From a virus: a stretch of 64,000 nucleotides of DNA. The DNA lies in the IMG/VR virus record IMGVR_UViG_3300014208_000033, positions 43,669-107,668 of that record. One strand, given 5' to 3'. Of this stretch, positions 49,803 to 61,284 are shown piece by piece. Positions within the stretch are counted from its first letter, which is position 1, and each line of letters starts with the position of its first letter. A program made the position numbers and the translations under genes. Below the pieces are notes generated by a model that was not told where the DNA came from, ran no database searches, and saw only the letters and a list, made by a program, of their open reading frames with translations.

Positions 49803-50996
49803 ATGATTGAAAAAGTATCTGAGTTAAAACATAAGTTAGGGAACTACTTTAGCACTAGACGTAAGATTGGTAAAATCTTATATGCTGGGCGTTACTATAA
49901 TATGAAATCTTGGAATGATAATGGTTTCATTAAGCTTCAAGTTCATCTAGGATTAAAGAGTCTCATTTTAACTATCTTAACTGAGCACAGCGAAGAAGTA
50001 TTAGAAGAAACAATGACTCGTTTCTCTAAGAACTCTAACCCTACTCCCTTTATACAAAGCCTTAGTTCAAGGATACTAACAGGTAAGAAGCCTAAAACTT
50101 GGAGGTCTAGTGCAAATTTCCAACCTGTTATTAGGATAGTCAATACACCGAAAGTTCAAAAGAACTACGTTGGAAACAAACCAAACATAGAATTCTTGAA
50201 CAAGTTTGATGAACACTTTGGAGTCTCTACTCATAGGCTTATCAGAAGCCTAATTATGTTCTATTCAAGTTTGTCTTTGAAGAATCGTTTCAATGATGGT
50301 ATCGTAACAACCTTCTTAGATGATAAGAAGGTTGACTTGAAAGACAACGATACTCAATACGAAATCTACAAGAAAATCTATGATGAGTTCAACGATCCAT
50401 TTGTACTTAGGTTAGCTCTAACCCCTCAGTATCATTTCAGATATCAGGGAGTGAACTTCAACGGCTTCTTTGAACTACTTAGGTCTATCTACACTAGGAT
50501 CTATTCACCTAAACCTAGAGGTCAGCAGTACGGTATAGTTGATAGAGCTACTTACAAGCAACTTGTAGAGCGTCTTAACAACATCAAGGGTGATGTTAAT
50601 AAGATGATGCACTTCATGAAGTTATCTGCTGCTTACTCTATCTGGTTATCTAAGTCCAAGGGTATTGAACTCATCGTAGATAAGTCTCAGTTCCTCATTG
50701 ACGATAAGTTCAATCTAGGTGTATGCTTCTTAGAGCAACGCCGAATGTTCGATCCGTTCCCAATCGAAGACCTCAAGGAAATGCTCTCTTGCGGTTACTT
50801 CTATAACCCTTGGGAGTATCTACATAATATACTCTTGGGCTCATCACCTAAGAGTATTGCTTATCTTGGTAATTTTAGGAAGATCAAGTACCAGTTACAG
50901 TTGGATAGATTGGATGCTAAGAGTGAAAAAGAAAGAGTGCAAAGCGATAGTTCCGTCAAAGAAGGATCTAGCAGTATTCAAACCGTCTCTGTTTGA
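49803..50996 (+). CDS. Orphan 397-aa basic protein
   Basis: AGGAGG RBS and own promoter; no motif recognised. Confidence 0.75.
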   Translation: MIEKVSELKHKLGNYFSTRRKIGKILYAGRYYNMKSWNDNGFIKLQVHLGLKSLILTILTEHSEEVLEETMTRFSKNSNPTPFIQSLSSRILTGKKPKTWRSSANFQPVIRIVNTPKVQKNYVGNKPNIEFLNKFDEHFGVSTHRLIRSLIMFYSSLSLKNRFNDGIVTTFLDDKKVDLKDNDTQYEIYKKIYDEFNDPFVLRLALTPQYHFRYQGVNFNGFFELLRSIYTRIYSPKPRGQQYGIVDRATYKQLVERLNNIKGDVNKMMHFMKLSAAYSIWLSKSKGIELIVDKSQFLIDDKFNLGVCFLEQRRMFDPFPIEDLKEMLSCGYFYNPWEYLHNILLGSSPKSIAYLGNFRKIKYQLQLDRLDAKSEKERVQSDSSVKEGSSSIQTVSV

Positions 50997-51564
50997 CAAG
51001 ATCGATGAGAAGAAAATCTCTAACTACATAGCGATCATCAAGCAAATGGAAACTAACAACTTAGAAGATAAGCGCATCTGCACCGTGTTAGGTTTAACTC
51101 AAGCCCACCTCGACCTTTTGCGGTCTAGTCCTGATTACGATAGTACCTTTATGACGAACGTAGACGACCCGGCAGAGGCTATCAGACAATCAATGCAGAA
51201 CACCGCTATAAAGGCTTCTGAGCAATTGGAGAGGCTTGTAGCGCAAGGGGATATGGATGCTATCAAGGTGGCACTGAAATCAGTTGGTGCTGACAAACCT
51301 GCTGAAACTCAAATGGCAGACACCACTAAGTTTTTCCTGGATTTGCTTGGTAAGATCGGGATCAAATCGCACGATAGAAAAGCGAGCGATCAGATTGAAC
51401 AGTTGAAGTCAAAGAAGAAAGATGCGAAGTCTGAAGATCAGTTAGCCGACGAAAAGATCATGGATGCGGAGTATGAGATTTTAGGTGACGACGATGTTGA
51501 TGAGGGTCTAAAGGAAGAGGTTCCCGTAAAGAAGCAGAGCGACATGGAAGACACCGAAGACTAG
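50914..51564 (+). CDS. HTH protein, terminase small subunit-like
   Basis: HTH-like DKRICTVLGLTQAHL, ASEQLERLVAQGDMDAIKVALKSVG, acidic tail with IMDAEYE. Confidence 0.5.
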   Translation: MLRVKKKECKAIVPSKKDLAVFKPSLFDKIDEKKISNYIAIIKQMETNNLEDKRICTVLGLTQAHLDLLRSSPDYDSTFMTNVDDPAEAIRQSMQNTAIKASEQLERLVAQGDMDAIKVALKSVGADKPAETQMADTTKFFLDLLGKIGIKSHDRKASDQIEQLKSKKKDAKSEDQLADEKIMDAEYEILGDDDVDEGLKEEVPVKKQSDMEDTED

Positions 51565-51616
51565 GATCGGTACGAGGAACGTACCTGAGATTCAGAAAAT
51601 TCGGAAGAGTGAGATA

Positions 51617-51649
51617 AGGCCCCCGGATTTCCGGGGGCCTTTTTGTTTC
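51617..51649 (+). terminator. Intrinsic terminator between convergent genes
   Basis: AAGGCCCCCGG-att-TCCGGGGGCC-TTTTTGTTT. Confidence 0.85.
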
Positions 51650-52522
51650 CTTTGGATTTTAGAGCGATTTTGTTTTAGCGCAATTTCAGAATCTTAGGCA
51701 TCTCTTTAGTCTCTTTTGCTTCGATGAAGGCGTTTGTGAAATCCCAAATCCAGTGGTTGCTTTGGTTAGCCCAATCTTCGTGATTAAGCTCCAAGCAAAC
51801 CTCGTCAACCATGGTATCGTAGTCTCTTATGTTCTTAGTCCAGATGTTCTCAAGGATATGCAGGACTTTCTTCTTAAATCCAAGATGCATTGTCATTATG
51901 AAGTCTTCGTTTTTGAACGATTTCATATACCCCTCTCAGTGAATGTAAGTTGCGAATTGATACATCTTACCACGCTCATCATCAATACGCAATTGGTTCA
52001 TCATCCTAGCGTAGATATCGCCTTCCTCTTTGAGCTTCTTCTCAAACTTCTTAATGAACTTCTCGAACTTAGTCAGAAAATAAGTCACGTTGTTTTCATC
52101 GTCAAACTTATGAGGATTTTCCTTCACAAAGTTATCGAAGTAGATGATTAGGTTGTTTGCTCGAATATCGTACTGGATGATTTTGTTGTACCCACGAATT
52201 ACAATCCCGATGATTTTACTTAGCCTTAGCATCTGCTTATCTCTTATTATGTCTGATTCAGTCATGTAGTTAGGACTGAAACTAGGAAATGCTTCGTAAT
52301 TGTAGTTGATCCTATCGAAGTACCCCTGCCTGATGATGATATCACATATTCTTGTGATATATTCAGTTTCCCATTGGTTCTTAGATTTCTTTAGTTCGTT
52401 TACAACTTCACCGAAATAGTACAGATGCTCTTCTTTCAAGCACTAATCCCCCAATACATACTTAAGCCAACAAATTACCAACACGGTAGTTCCTAGACCA
52501 ACGTAAAGGATTATATCTTCGT

Positions 52523-53032
52523 TCATATCTTCCTAGCTACAATCTCAAAACTGTATTCGATTTTACCACGATTTTCGTAATCGTAGATACCGTTAGGTGG
52601 GCCGTAACAAACACAGTATTCGAGTTCAGTGTTACCCATATTGATTAGAACGTCTAGCACATCTTCTGGATTGAAATCATGTTTGTGACCCTTGTTAGCC
52701 AAAGGATGACCGATATTTGGATACCACCTACGATGAGGCAAGTAAAGGATAAGATATCCGCCTGGTCTAATCAGATCAACCCATTGGTCGAGAGTAGTTT
52801 CAGTGTCAGTGAAATCTTCCAAGGTATGAGAAGAGAAAACGTAATCAAACTCACCTGGCTTGAACCAATCAGAAATTTGGTTGATATTGATAACCATATT
52901 CACTCCAGGTTGAATACGACTATCTATACCAATTGCTTCTGGACTAATCTTGTCGTCACCGCACCCGATATCAATTCCATGACCTTGACAATACTTGAGT
53001 ACCCTTTCACGGCACTTAGAAGTCTCACCCAT
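52523..53032 (-). CDS. SAM-dependent methyltransferase
   Basis: IDIGCG, IGID, FDYVFSSHTLED, IRPGGYL. Confidence 0.85.
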   Translation of the reverse strand: MGETSKCRERVLKYCQGHGIDIGCGDDKISPEAIGIDSRIQPGVNMVININQISDWFKPGEFDYVFSSHTLEDFTDTETTLDQWVDLIRPGGYLILYLPHRRWYPNIGHPLANKGHKHDFNPEDVLDVLINMGNTELEYCVCYGPPNGIYDYENRGKIEYSFEIVARKI

Positions 53033-53243
53033 TATTCCTCATATCCAATCCTAAACTTTCCGACCCGTCGTTTTTGATCCAGTTCATTATCATACACACA
53101 TTCAGAACAGATATACTTAGTCTTACCGTACTGAGTAAATGAAACGAGTTCATCTATCTCAAACAAAGAGTTACAACCCGAACACTGTCCTTGACTAAGA
53201 GGATTATCGAATACAGTTTGGTCTTTGTTAATCCAGGAATGTA

Positions 53244-54356
53244 TCACTGTTCAACTTCATCCTTCTTATAGAACCTACAGCGTTTCAACACAGTATTACC
53301 TTTGTCGTCATGTTCTACGTTACCGACAATGTTATAGATATTTCCAGTCTCTATCTCTTCCTTCCCGGTGTACTTAATCAGAACTTTACCGATTTGGTTA
53401 CTCGCGTAAATGTAATACTTCATACCGTATTGCGTTTCGTAACCCTTGCATGAGTCGATCTGAAATGTATCGTCAATCCTAGTGCCATCCTGGGCGTTGT
53501 AGTGGCCGATTTTGGCTACCTTTGTGGCCCCCTCTTCCTTAAGTATAATATAAGGAATACTAGCTAAAATCCCACAATATTTCCACTTCGGTTTTTCCAA
53601 CGCTACCTTACAGTTAGATATGTACTCACTGAATGGCTTAGTGTCAAGCCACAACTTAATCCTCTCAAACCAAGGCTCAGTAACTACCGTCTTGCAATCT
53701 TCCAGTTCTGTTTTAGCGTGCTTCTCAGCCCAACCCTTGTCAGTGAGCATCATCATAAGGAAATTGCTTGTAGCAAGTACAGGCGGATTGCTATCACGGG
53801 CCATGCTCGCAGTAGTAAACTCACCTTTGCGGGAGTAGTGAGCGCAAAGGGTAAAGAACCTATCAAGATCCTGGATATACGGGTAACTTCGCTTGAAACA
53901 ACGTTCCGAAAAATCGTAATCGTCCTCGTTCAGAGTCTCTACACCTTCAAAGACGACTTCAAACTCTTTGAGAAGTGAGCTAACAGTAATCTCAAGGTTC
54001 ATATTCTTAGCGCAAGAGCCACCGACTTGCATAGTCTTACCTTTGAGACTAACAACAAAGACCTTAGTACGATTTCGGTATTCGTTGCAGCAGTTACAGA
54101 TGTTTGGGTTGAAAGTCTTAACGTAAATCTCATTCCAAACGTAAGTCGGGTCGAGACTCATGATCATTCCGTCTTTCCAGATACCAAGGATATTCGGAAG
54201 ATCATCTTGCTTCTTAAGTCGAGGCTGAACAAGTAACCAAGTAATCGGTTTGACTTCATTCTTGTCGATGATTACGAAATCAAACTTAGGCCACTTATCG
54301 CATATCTCCTGATACTTATCTTCGTAGATCCATTTAGCATATCCTCGACTAATCAT
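53244..54356 (-). CDS. Conserved-looking phage protein (Zn motif + OB-fold-like C-terminus)
   Basis: CNCC...QVGGSC; C-terminal ETQYG...VEH...TVLKR. Confidence 0.55.
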   Translation of the reverse strand: MISRGYAKWIYEDKYQEICDKWPKFDFVIIDKNEVKPITWLLVQPRLKKQDDLPNILGIWKDGMIMSLDPTYVWNEIYVKTFNPNICNCCNEYRNRTKVFVVSLKGKTMQVGGSCAKNMNLEITVSSLLKEFEVVFEGVETLNEDDYDFSERCFKRSYPYIQDLDRFFTLCAHYSRKGEFTTASMARDSNPPVLATSNFLMMMLTDKGWAEKHAKTELEDCKTVVTEPWFERIKLWLDTKPFSEYISNCKVALEKPKWKYCGILASIPYIILKEEGATKVAKIGHYNAQDGTRIDDTFQIDSCKGYETQYGMKYYIYASNQIGKVLIKYTGKEEIETGNIYNIVGNVEHDDKGNTVLKRCRFYKKDEVEQ

Positions 54357-55524
54357 TTCGTGTACCTCCTACTAGATGCAAAAAGCCACCTGGATTAATC
54401 CAGGTGGCTTGATGTTAGATCGTATCACTAAGACAATTCTTATTCTTGTCAGTGATAATGTAATGAATTCCTCTATCGTCGGGAGTAACAATTAGGGAAA
54501 GGATTTTCTTAGATTTACCGTCGATCTTAGTATATACAGTAATGAAAGTTGTATCATTACTGTAGTACATCTTAGCAGCAGGACGACCACTTGAATTCTC
54601 ACACTTAACTGTAAAATTCTTCATATCTAATTTCCCTTCTTAATCCTGGTATAATACCTGCCGTTTACGCGCACGGCGGTACGTTCAAGCCCGTCGTAAT
54701 CCAACCATGCCCTTGCAGTACCTTGCATTAAAGCCTTACCAATTGGATTAGGCAATCTACGGGCATGCTTGCTTGTTCCGCATGTGATGCTAACCTCTTG
54801 AATTGTACCATCATTATGATGGACAATCAACCAACGATTAAATACTATCATGGTTTTCCTTATCTTCCTCCAGGAAAATCATTTCAATGTTAGTAAGTTG
54901 ATTACGATACTCGGCTATCTTGTTCTTGGTTGACTCTCTACTGCAATCACACTCGCAATTCTTTAGAAGTTCAGTGTAGAAATCAACCTTCCCTCGAAAA
55001 TAACTCTTGGTAACGTTAAGACGCTCACGTTGATTGTTGCTAATCACTTCTCCTCCAATACAGCATTAAGATGCTTAATCAGATTTTGATAGTTCTCCAT
55101 TTGATTGAAGTGAACCACACACTCATTATCAGGAAGATTCTTAGCACATATCTTATGACAATCAATCCATGCCTCCAGACGTTCCTTGACAAGTATCAGG
55201 TTTTGCTTCTGAGTTTCACTAAGCATTTGACTTCTCCATCTTTTCGAGAGTCATTCTAATACCAGTTATCAGCCCCATCATTTCACCTAGCATGTGAATA
55301 TTGTGATCTTCAAATATCATCTTGATCTTATAGCAGTAACCCCTTTTGTAACAACTATCGTTGTACTTTTCCCAATCGTATGTAGCACGATAATACTTTG
55401 GTAGAAGTTCCATTACGAACTTCAAATGTCTCTTATTCAAAACTCTCCCGATATCACTTACCATGTCACATCTTCTTTCTTACGAATGCCCTAAGTATCA
55501 GCATGAAAATCAGTATGATTTCCA

Positions 55525-56469
55525 TCATGCTTCATCCACGAACACTTCATTGAACTCAGAACTAACAATGCTAATCAGTTCCTTATCATCCCCACCACAA
55601 GGCTCAGTATTCACAGGATCATAGTCATTGTACTTACCAAAGAAAAGACTCTTAGGATCAATCTCGTAATCACAAACACCGTTATCTCGATCTTCAAAGT
55701 AGACATTCAGAGCGGCATATTCATTACTATCGTATTTGATTCCCTTGATTACGAAATCAGTATAGTGCTCATGCTCGATCTGGTACTTGTAGTATTCCAT
55801 GTCAAGGTAATCGGAAACAAACTTCGGAAGATCCTTTACCTTGCTGGACAAAACAGAAAACTTCAGATCAACAGTGAAGTCATTGTTATCGTAGTTAATC
55901 AGGACGGACTTATCATTGTCGCATCCGATTCCTTCCATGATGCAATTCTGGAGAAGCCAAACGACCTTATCCCACTTGGTCTTAAAGAATTCGTTGAATT
56001 CCTTAACAGTGTGATAGTTATTCCGAATGAAATCCTTGAACTTCCTACGATCAATGGTAGAACCCCACTTATTATCAGCCGTCAACGCAACCGTAATCCA
56101 GCAAGATCCTTCGGTAGCGTAGACCATATCAGATTCAAACTCTTCGATCTTAATGTATGAGCAACTAAGCTCATAGGTGTCCTTATAGAAATCCAAAGTC
56201 GGTCGGTCGATCTTAATCCAAAGTCCACTATCAGGAAGATCCTTATAGCATTCCATCCACTTATCCCACTTAGCACCATCATCCAACCGCTTATCGTAAA
56301 GCCTATCACGGATCTTCTCGCGGAGATTCTTGTAAGACTCTGCATAGTTCCGAATTTTCTGAACCATGAAATCAAACATGTCGTCGTCACTCATGAGACT
56401 GAAAGAATGATCCATTTCAGGCTCGATATCACAAAACAGATCATGAAGCTCATTAGGCTTGCTGGTCAT
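55525..56469 (-). CDS. Acidic hypothetical protein
   Basis: 314-aa ORF with GGAG RBS. Confidence 0.65.
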   Translation of the reverse strand: MTSKPNELHDLFCDIEPEMDHSFSLMSDDDMFDFMVQKIRNYAESYKNLREKIRDRLYDKRLDDGAKWDKWMECYKDLPDSGLWIKIDRPTLDFYKDTYELSCSYIKIEEFESDMVYATEGSCWITVALTADNKWGSTIDRRKFKDFIRNNYHTVKEFNEFFKTKWDKVVWLLQNCIMEGIGCDNDKSVLINYDNNDFTVDLKFSVLSSKVKDLPKFVSDYLDMEYYKYQIEHEHYTDFVIKGIKYDSNEYAALNVYFEDRDNGVCDYEIDPKSLFFGKYNDYDPVNTEPCGGDDKELISIVSSEFNEVFVDEA

Positions 56470-57603
56470 GACAAATCTCCATTCAAGTAATCCGCAAAGG
56501 CATCCAGCTCCTTTGCGGAAAGTAGAAGCATGCTTTCAATAGGGTAAGGATACCAGTCAAAGTCACTCATCATTTTCCTCTGTAGCGTTAAAGTGCCGAT
56601 CAATCAAAGCTTGGAAATACTTGTCAACACAACGACCAATGAATTCCTTCCTGTAAGTCTCCTTGAAATAACCAGTATAGAGGTTTGAAATAATGGACTC
56701 TTTGAGCCATTCCTTATCCCAAAGGTTAGAGATATCACTTGTGATGTCTGCTATCGCATTGTAAACGTCTTTAGTTTGATTGTCTAGATTCGTGAAACTA
56801 AACAGGTAATCATGAAATGCTTCAATGAACTCAGCATGATTGACTATAGTTTTCATGTCAGCAAACCTCCATGAAATTCATTGGGGTAATCTTACCGTTA
56901 TTGTTATCGACCAGATACTTCCTCATGTAGTTGTCCATGATATAATACAGATTTCCCTTCCCGTAATAAACCTTGTTGACCTTAGCATCCTTCTCAAGCC
57001 CATGGATCTTAGTGTCAACCTTAGGCATTTCTAATCCTTTCCTTCGGGCTTTGCATCGTAGTAATAGAACTCATACTCCGGGTTATTTGCAGGAGCAGAG
57101 TAAAATCCAGCTTCCCCATAACCAATCGGGAAGCTGAAAATCTTACCATCCAAATCGTAAATCTGAACCGAATTCCTACTAAGTACCTGGAACATCATTA
57201 CCTTACCAGCGATTCTCATGTGCATGCACACTTCGGAATAAGGCATGATCTTTACTCCGAAATCACCGATATTAACCAAATGACTTCGCTTGTGATTTTC
57301 AGTGATACCCATTACTTCACCATCTTTCGCTTCATCGGACCATAAGGATTACACTTCAGAAAATCCCAACCCGTAGCGCCAAACCCATTCAACTGACGGT
57401 CCATTACGAAACCAATCGTAGCAGGCATTCCGTTTTGCTTCATACACTTAGCGTAAACATGAACCATCATATTGCTCCATTAAGCGTAGTTACTGATTTG
57501 TTTTCGTTCTCCATACTTACGACACTGATACGTTATCACACTAACATTATCCTCGGCTTCGATGTTTACAAGTACCCAATCATGCTTGCAATCTTCCATC
57601 GTT

Positions 57604-57954
57604 TTACTCCTTTATCGGCCAAAGAACCGTTATCAACTCACCAATGTTATACTGTTCCAGAATCTTCTTAGAAAATTCCATTCCCATTTTCTTGAAATAC
57701 TTCTTGAACTTCTTACCATGCCCATTGGTAGGATATGCAAGAATATGGGCGAATTCATGTATAAGAGTCTCACAGACTACTTCAAACGGAGTGTCACCTA
57801 AGACTATCATTACTTGATAGTTGTTTTTGCTTTCATTATAGAATGTGTAACCAGAATACTTATCGTGAGACTTGACGAAATTTACCATAACAGGAAGAGG
57901 GTTCTTTCGTCGCTTGTAGATTTTCATGAAAATCTTGTAGGGGAGATCAAACAT
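57604..57954 (-). CDS. SprT-like zinc metalloprotease (paralog of 48106-48573)
   Basis: GDT...VCETLIHEFAH...GHGKKFK...MGMEF. Confidence 0.75.
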   Translation of the reverse strand: MFDLPYKIFMKIYKRRKNPLPVMVNFVKSHDKYSGYTFYNESKNNYQVMIVLGDTPFEVVCETLIHEFAHILAYPTNGHGKKFKKYFKKMGMEFSKKILEQYNIGELITVLWPIKE

Positions 57955-58244
57955 TACTTTGCCTTTCTTAGTCGTGATTCTGAAAAAGTATTACTACGGC
58001 ATCTACCGTTTCCATTTGTGAATATTTCTACCCAACATACCTTATACTCTCTATATCCTTTTCTACTACGTCGAACAAATAAAACTTTTCCTTGATATTC
58101 TTTTTTTCTTATGATGTATGAAGGAGCAGAGTCAGAATATGTTATCATGAACTTGACAAGATCACCATTCTTAAACATTTTTACCTCACTTTCACATGAT
58201 GCAAAAAACCCCATTACGAATATTCGTAATGGGGCTTGATGCTG

Positions 58245-58628
58245 CTACCATCGTGAGGGATAATCGTCCAACTTCTCAGCAATCGATCCTAAGTCAACGT
58301 AGCGATTGCCAAGGTACAAATATTCGGTATCCATGGGGCGCATCTCGATCAGCGTGTTACCATCGTTCCAAACGATAGCAACAATCCAGTAAGTTCCATT
58401 ACCTTGATTTATGAAAACCTCCACGTAATTCTCACCCATTGTATTTCCCCAACGGCTATCATCAATCTCGTAATACTCTCCGATTTCCATACACTGATCA
58501 AGTACAATCTGTCTAACTTGAATGAATTCATCCGTTCGATCATTTGGGAGAGTAGTTCCAGATCCCCCGCCGCCGCAACCCGTAAGCATAACACTAAGAA
58601 CAACAGGAACTATGATCTTAGGCCACAT
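58245..58628 (-). CDS. Lipoprotein
   Basis: AGGAGG RBS, signal MWPKIIVPVVLSVM-LTGC lipobox, poly-Gly linker. Confidence 0.75.
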   Translation of the reverse strand: MWPKIIVPVVLSVMLTGCGGGGSGTTLPNDRTDEFIQVRQIVLDQCMEIGEYYEIDDSRWGNTMGENYVEVFINQGNGTYWIVAIVWNDGNTLIEMRPMDTEYLYLGNRYVDLGSIAEKLDDYPSRW

Positions 58629-59001
58629 TTTCGTCCTCCTTATTGATATAGTTAGCAAGAATACCAATCTTCTGTTCAGTACCAAGCTTGCAAGTGTTCC
58701 AATCTAACACTTCCGTATCACTCCACTTTGCGGGGAGATTTGCTTCAACGAAGAACGCAAAGTCTATCTCATCCTTGTTTTCATCGTCAAAGTAAACGAC
58801 GATTTCGTGATACGTTCCGAAGTCATGTGGAAAAGACTTCCTGGAAAAGTAAGATCCCTCAGGAGGATTAATGAACCTCTTATTAAGAAGTTCGATATAC
58901 CTCTTGCTTTCTGCCTTCATTCGTTCAGGGTAATCAGGACTTCCAACTTGAGCACAATCTTCGTCAGCCGGGACAGAACTAAGACTCACGTAATCACGCA
59001 T
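58618..59001 (-). CDS. Hypothetical phage protein
   Basis: VPADEDCAQVGSPDY...FPHDFGTYHEIV; first gene after a cassette element. Confidence 0.65.
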   Translation of the reverse strand: MRDYVSLSSVPADEDCAQVGSPDYPERMKAESKRYIELLNKRFINPPEGSYFSRKSFPHDFGTYHEIVVYFDDENKDEIDFAFFVEANLPAKWSDTEVLDWNTCKLGTEQKIGILANYINKEDENVA

Positions 59002-60735
59002 TTTAGTACCATTTCCTTCCTGTTAGAAAATCAGCCAAATTACTATTTGGCGATCCTAGTCACTAGATGCAAAAACCCCACCTAAATTAATAGGTGGGGT
59101 TAATATTAAGCGTAGATTTTGCTTTCAATTCGCTCATGATCTTGATGCGTACTAGCAATTGGTTCGCGCGCACCAATCCACAAATTATACCAAGTCCATG
59201 CCCAAACCCAACCGTAATAATGATCCCCAGTTGACTTATTCACTTCAACTCGGAATACTTGCTTACCGTTTTGATCATGACAACAAACCGAAGTCGCTTT
59301 AGTGTGATTGATCTTCCATTGTGCTTGATTGATAGCACAACCAATACCAACACAAATCATTGGTCTAGTTCCACGAACGTTAGACTTAATGGTGTAATCC
59401 ATTAGATTTCAACTCCATCCTTCTGAGCCATAATGTAAAGCGGCTCGTAATTCATAACGAAATCTTCTCGCTCCTCATCATTTATCTTAGTTCTAATACC
59501 GTTTACCATTTGATAGTAAGCGGTAATAGTGTCTCTGTTTTTCTTAACCCACTCTTCAATAGTCATTTCAGATTTCCTTTCGGTTAGAAATTACTACTCA
59601 TTAGATGCAAAAAACCTCCGCTATTTCTAGCGGAGGTTTAGTATTACTTGATTTCTTCGATGGATATCAGAACCGTTGGATGCTCTCTTCCAAAGTAAAA
59701 ATTAACTATTCGACTCGCATTACACTTTCGTTTGAATTTCTTTGCTTCATTCTTATCTTCAGTGTACATGCCAAATACATTGTCGGAATAGTACAGAACC
59801 TTATTCTTGTAACTTCCTTCCAACGGCTCAAGCTTGATTCTGAATAGCATTTTACATCCTCCAGAAGTTAAACTTAGCGCGAGTGAATTCGTGAACTTCC
59901 CAAAAGTTAGCAAAATGAAAATCTTCCACTGGATTTTGACTGAACAACTCATTAATCCAGTAAATCTTATCCTCAGTCGGATGCTTGGATTCCTTTTCCA
60001 AATTCGCAAGTTGCTTTTTGTTGTAAGTCATGTACGCTTGCCAGCTAGCGTAGCCGTAAGGCTCATTCTCAGCGTAAACAAATAGCCAACTACCGCGCTT
60101 CCAAACGTAAACATCGTCATTGATACTGAAATTCACCTTGATGAATTTCTTGTTGTAATAGAAACGAGTCTCATTATCCTCTTCAACTACCTTGAAATTG
60201 TAGATTTTCCTTGCATTTGAAATACCAATCTTCATAAATTCCTCCATTCAGTAAGTTTAGACTCTTCACATGATGCAAAAAAGCTAGCTCCTTTTGGAGC
60301 TAGCTTTAATGTTATGGCTTCTGAAACATCTTACGCTGTTCCAGGAGAATACTCACGTCGAATATCGGAATATCGACGTAGTAAGTATTTCCATAGTTGT
60401 CCTTCTGTTCGACCTTAGTGGTTCCGATAGGCTTTATCGGAACGTCAGCACCACAAGGGTAATCATCGTCTCCCCATTCAAGACACATTAACTCTACCGT
60501 ATCACCACAAATCGGACACGGTTCCTTTACCACCGGCTTACTATCGACCATATAAGAGTAATCCTCATCACGCTTACCACAACAACCATGAGGATTATCT
60601 TCCAGCAAATGACCGTTAGCGCAGAAATAAGCGGTAGCAGGCTTTCCCATTTTAGATTTCCCTTTCGGTAACAATTAGTGTTCTCACATGATGCAAAAAA
60701 CCACTATACCGATTAAGGTATAGTGGTTAAATGCG

Positions 60736-61284
60736 TTAACTGATCTTCTTTACGAGAATTACTTTACCAGCACGAAACTTACCATCGGTATGAAACGGAA
60801 CTATGATTCCGGCTGCTTCTGACCAAGGTATCATGCACTCCCACAATTCAGCATCTTTGTATTGACTATCGCACCATTCCTTAGTTCCGACATTTACACC
60901 ACATGCACATTCAGTTCCACGATCAGGATTAACTACTTCTTCAAGAATTGCATTCTCTTCGGCTTTCGGCCAGTAAGAAGGCCATTCTTTTGTGGTCTTA
61001 CCAATTCGTTTGTAACAAATGATCCCAAGATCATTCGCTGGGAGGTTATTCTTAATCCATTCACAAGGATTAAGGATTCCCTTTGCGTTACTCAGATTAG
61101 CGCCATACAGATTAGCGCCACTCAGATCAGCGCTACGCAGATCAGCGCCACTCAGATTAGCGCCACTCAGATTAGCGCCATACAGATTAGCGCCACTCAG
61201 ATTAGCGCCATACAGATTAGCGTTTTGAAGTGAACCACCAAAAGAGACGATTTCGAGAACGATAGAACGAAGTTCGGAATTCAT
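60736..61284 (-). CDS. Pentapeptide-repeat protein
   Basis: A(N/D)L(S/Y/R)(G/S) repeats encoded by 15-bp tandem repeats at ~61093-61222. Confidence 0.9.
   Translation of the reverse strand: MNSELRSIVLEIVSFGGSLQNANLYGANLSGANLYGANLSGANLSGADLRSADLSGANLYGANLSNAKGILNPCEWIKNNLPANDLGIICYKRIGKTTKEWPSYWPKAEENAILEEVVNPDRGTECACGVNVGTKEWCDSQYKDAELWECMIPWSEAAGIIVPFHTDGKFRAGKVILVKKIS

Noticed and set aside
61093-61222. 15-bp tandem repeat as a regulatory or diversity-generating element
   Set aside because: Fully explained by the pentapeptide-repeat protein; no reverse transcriptase is in the window
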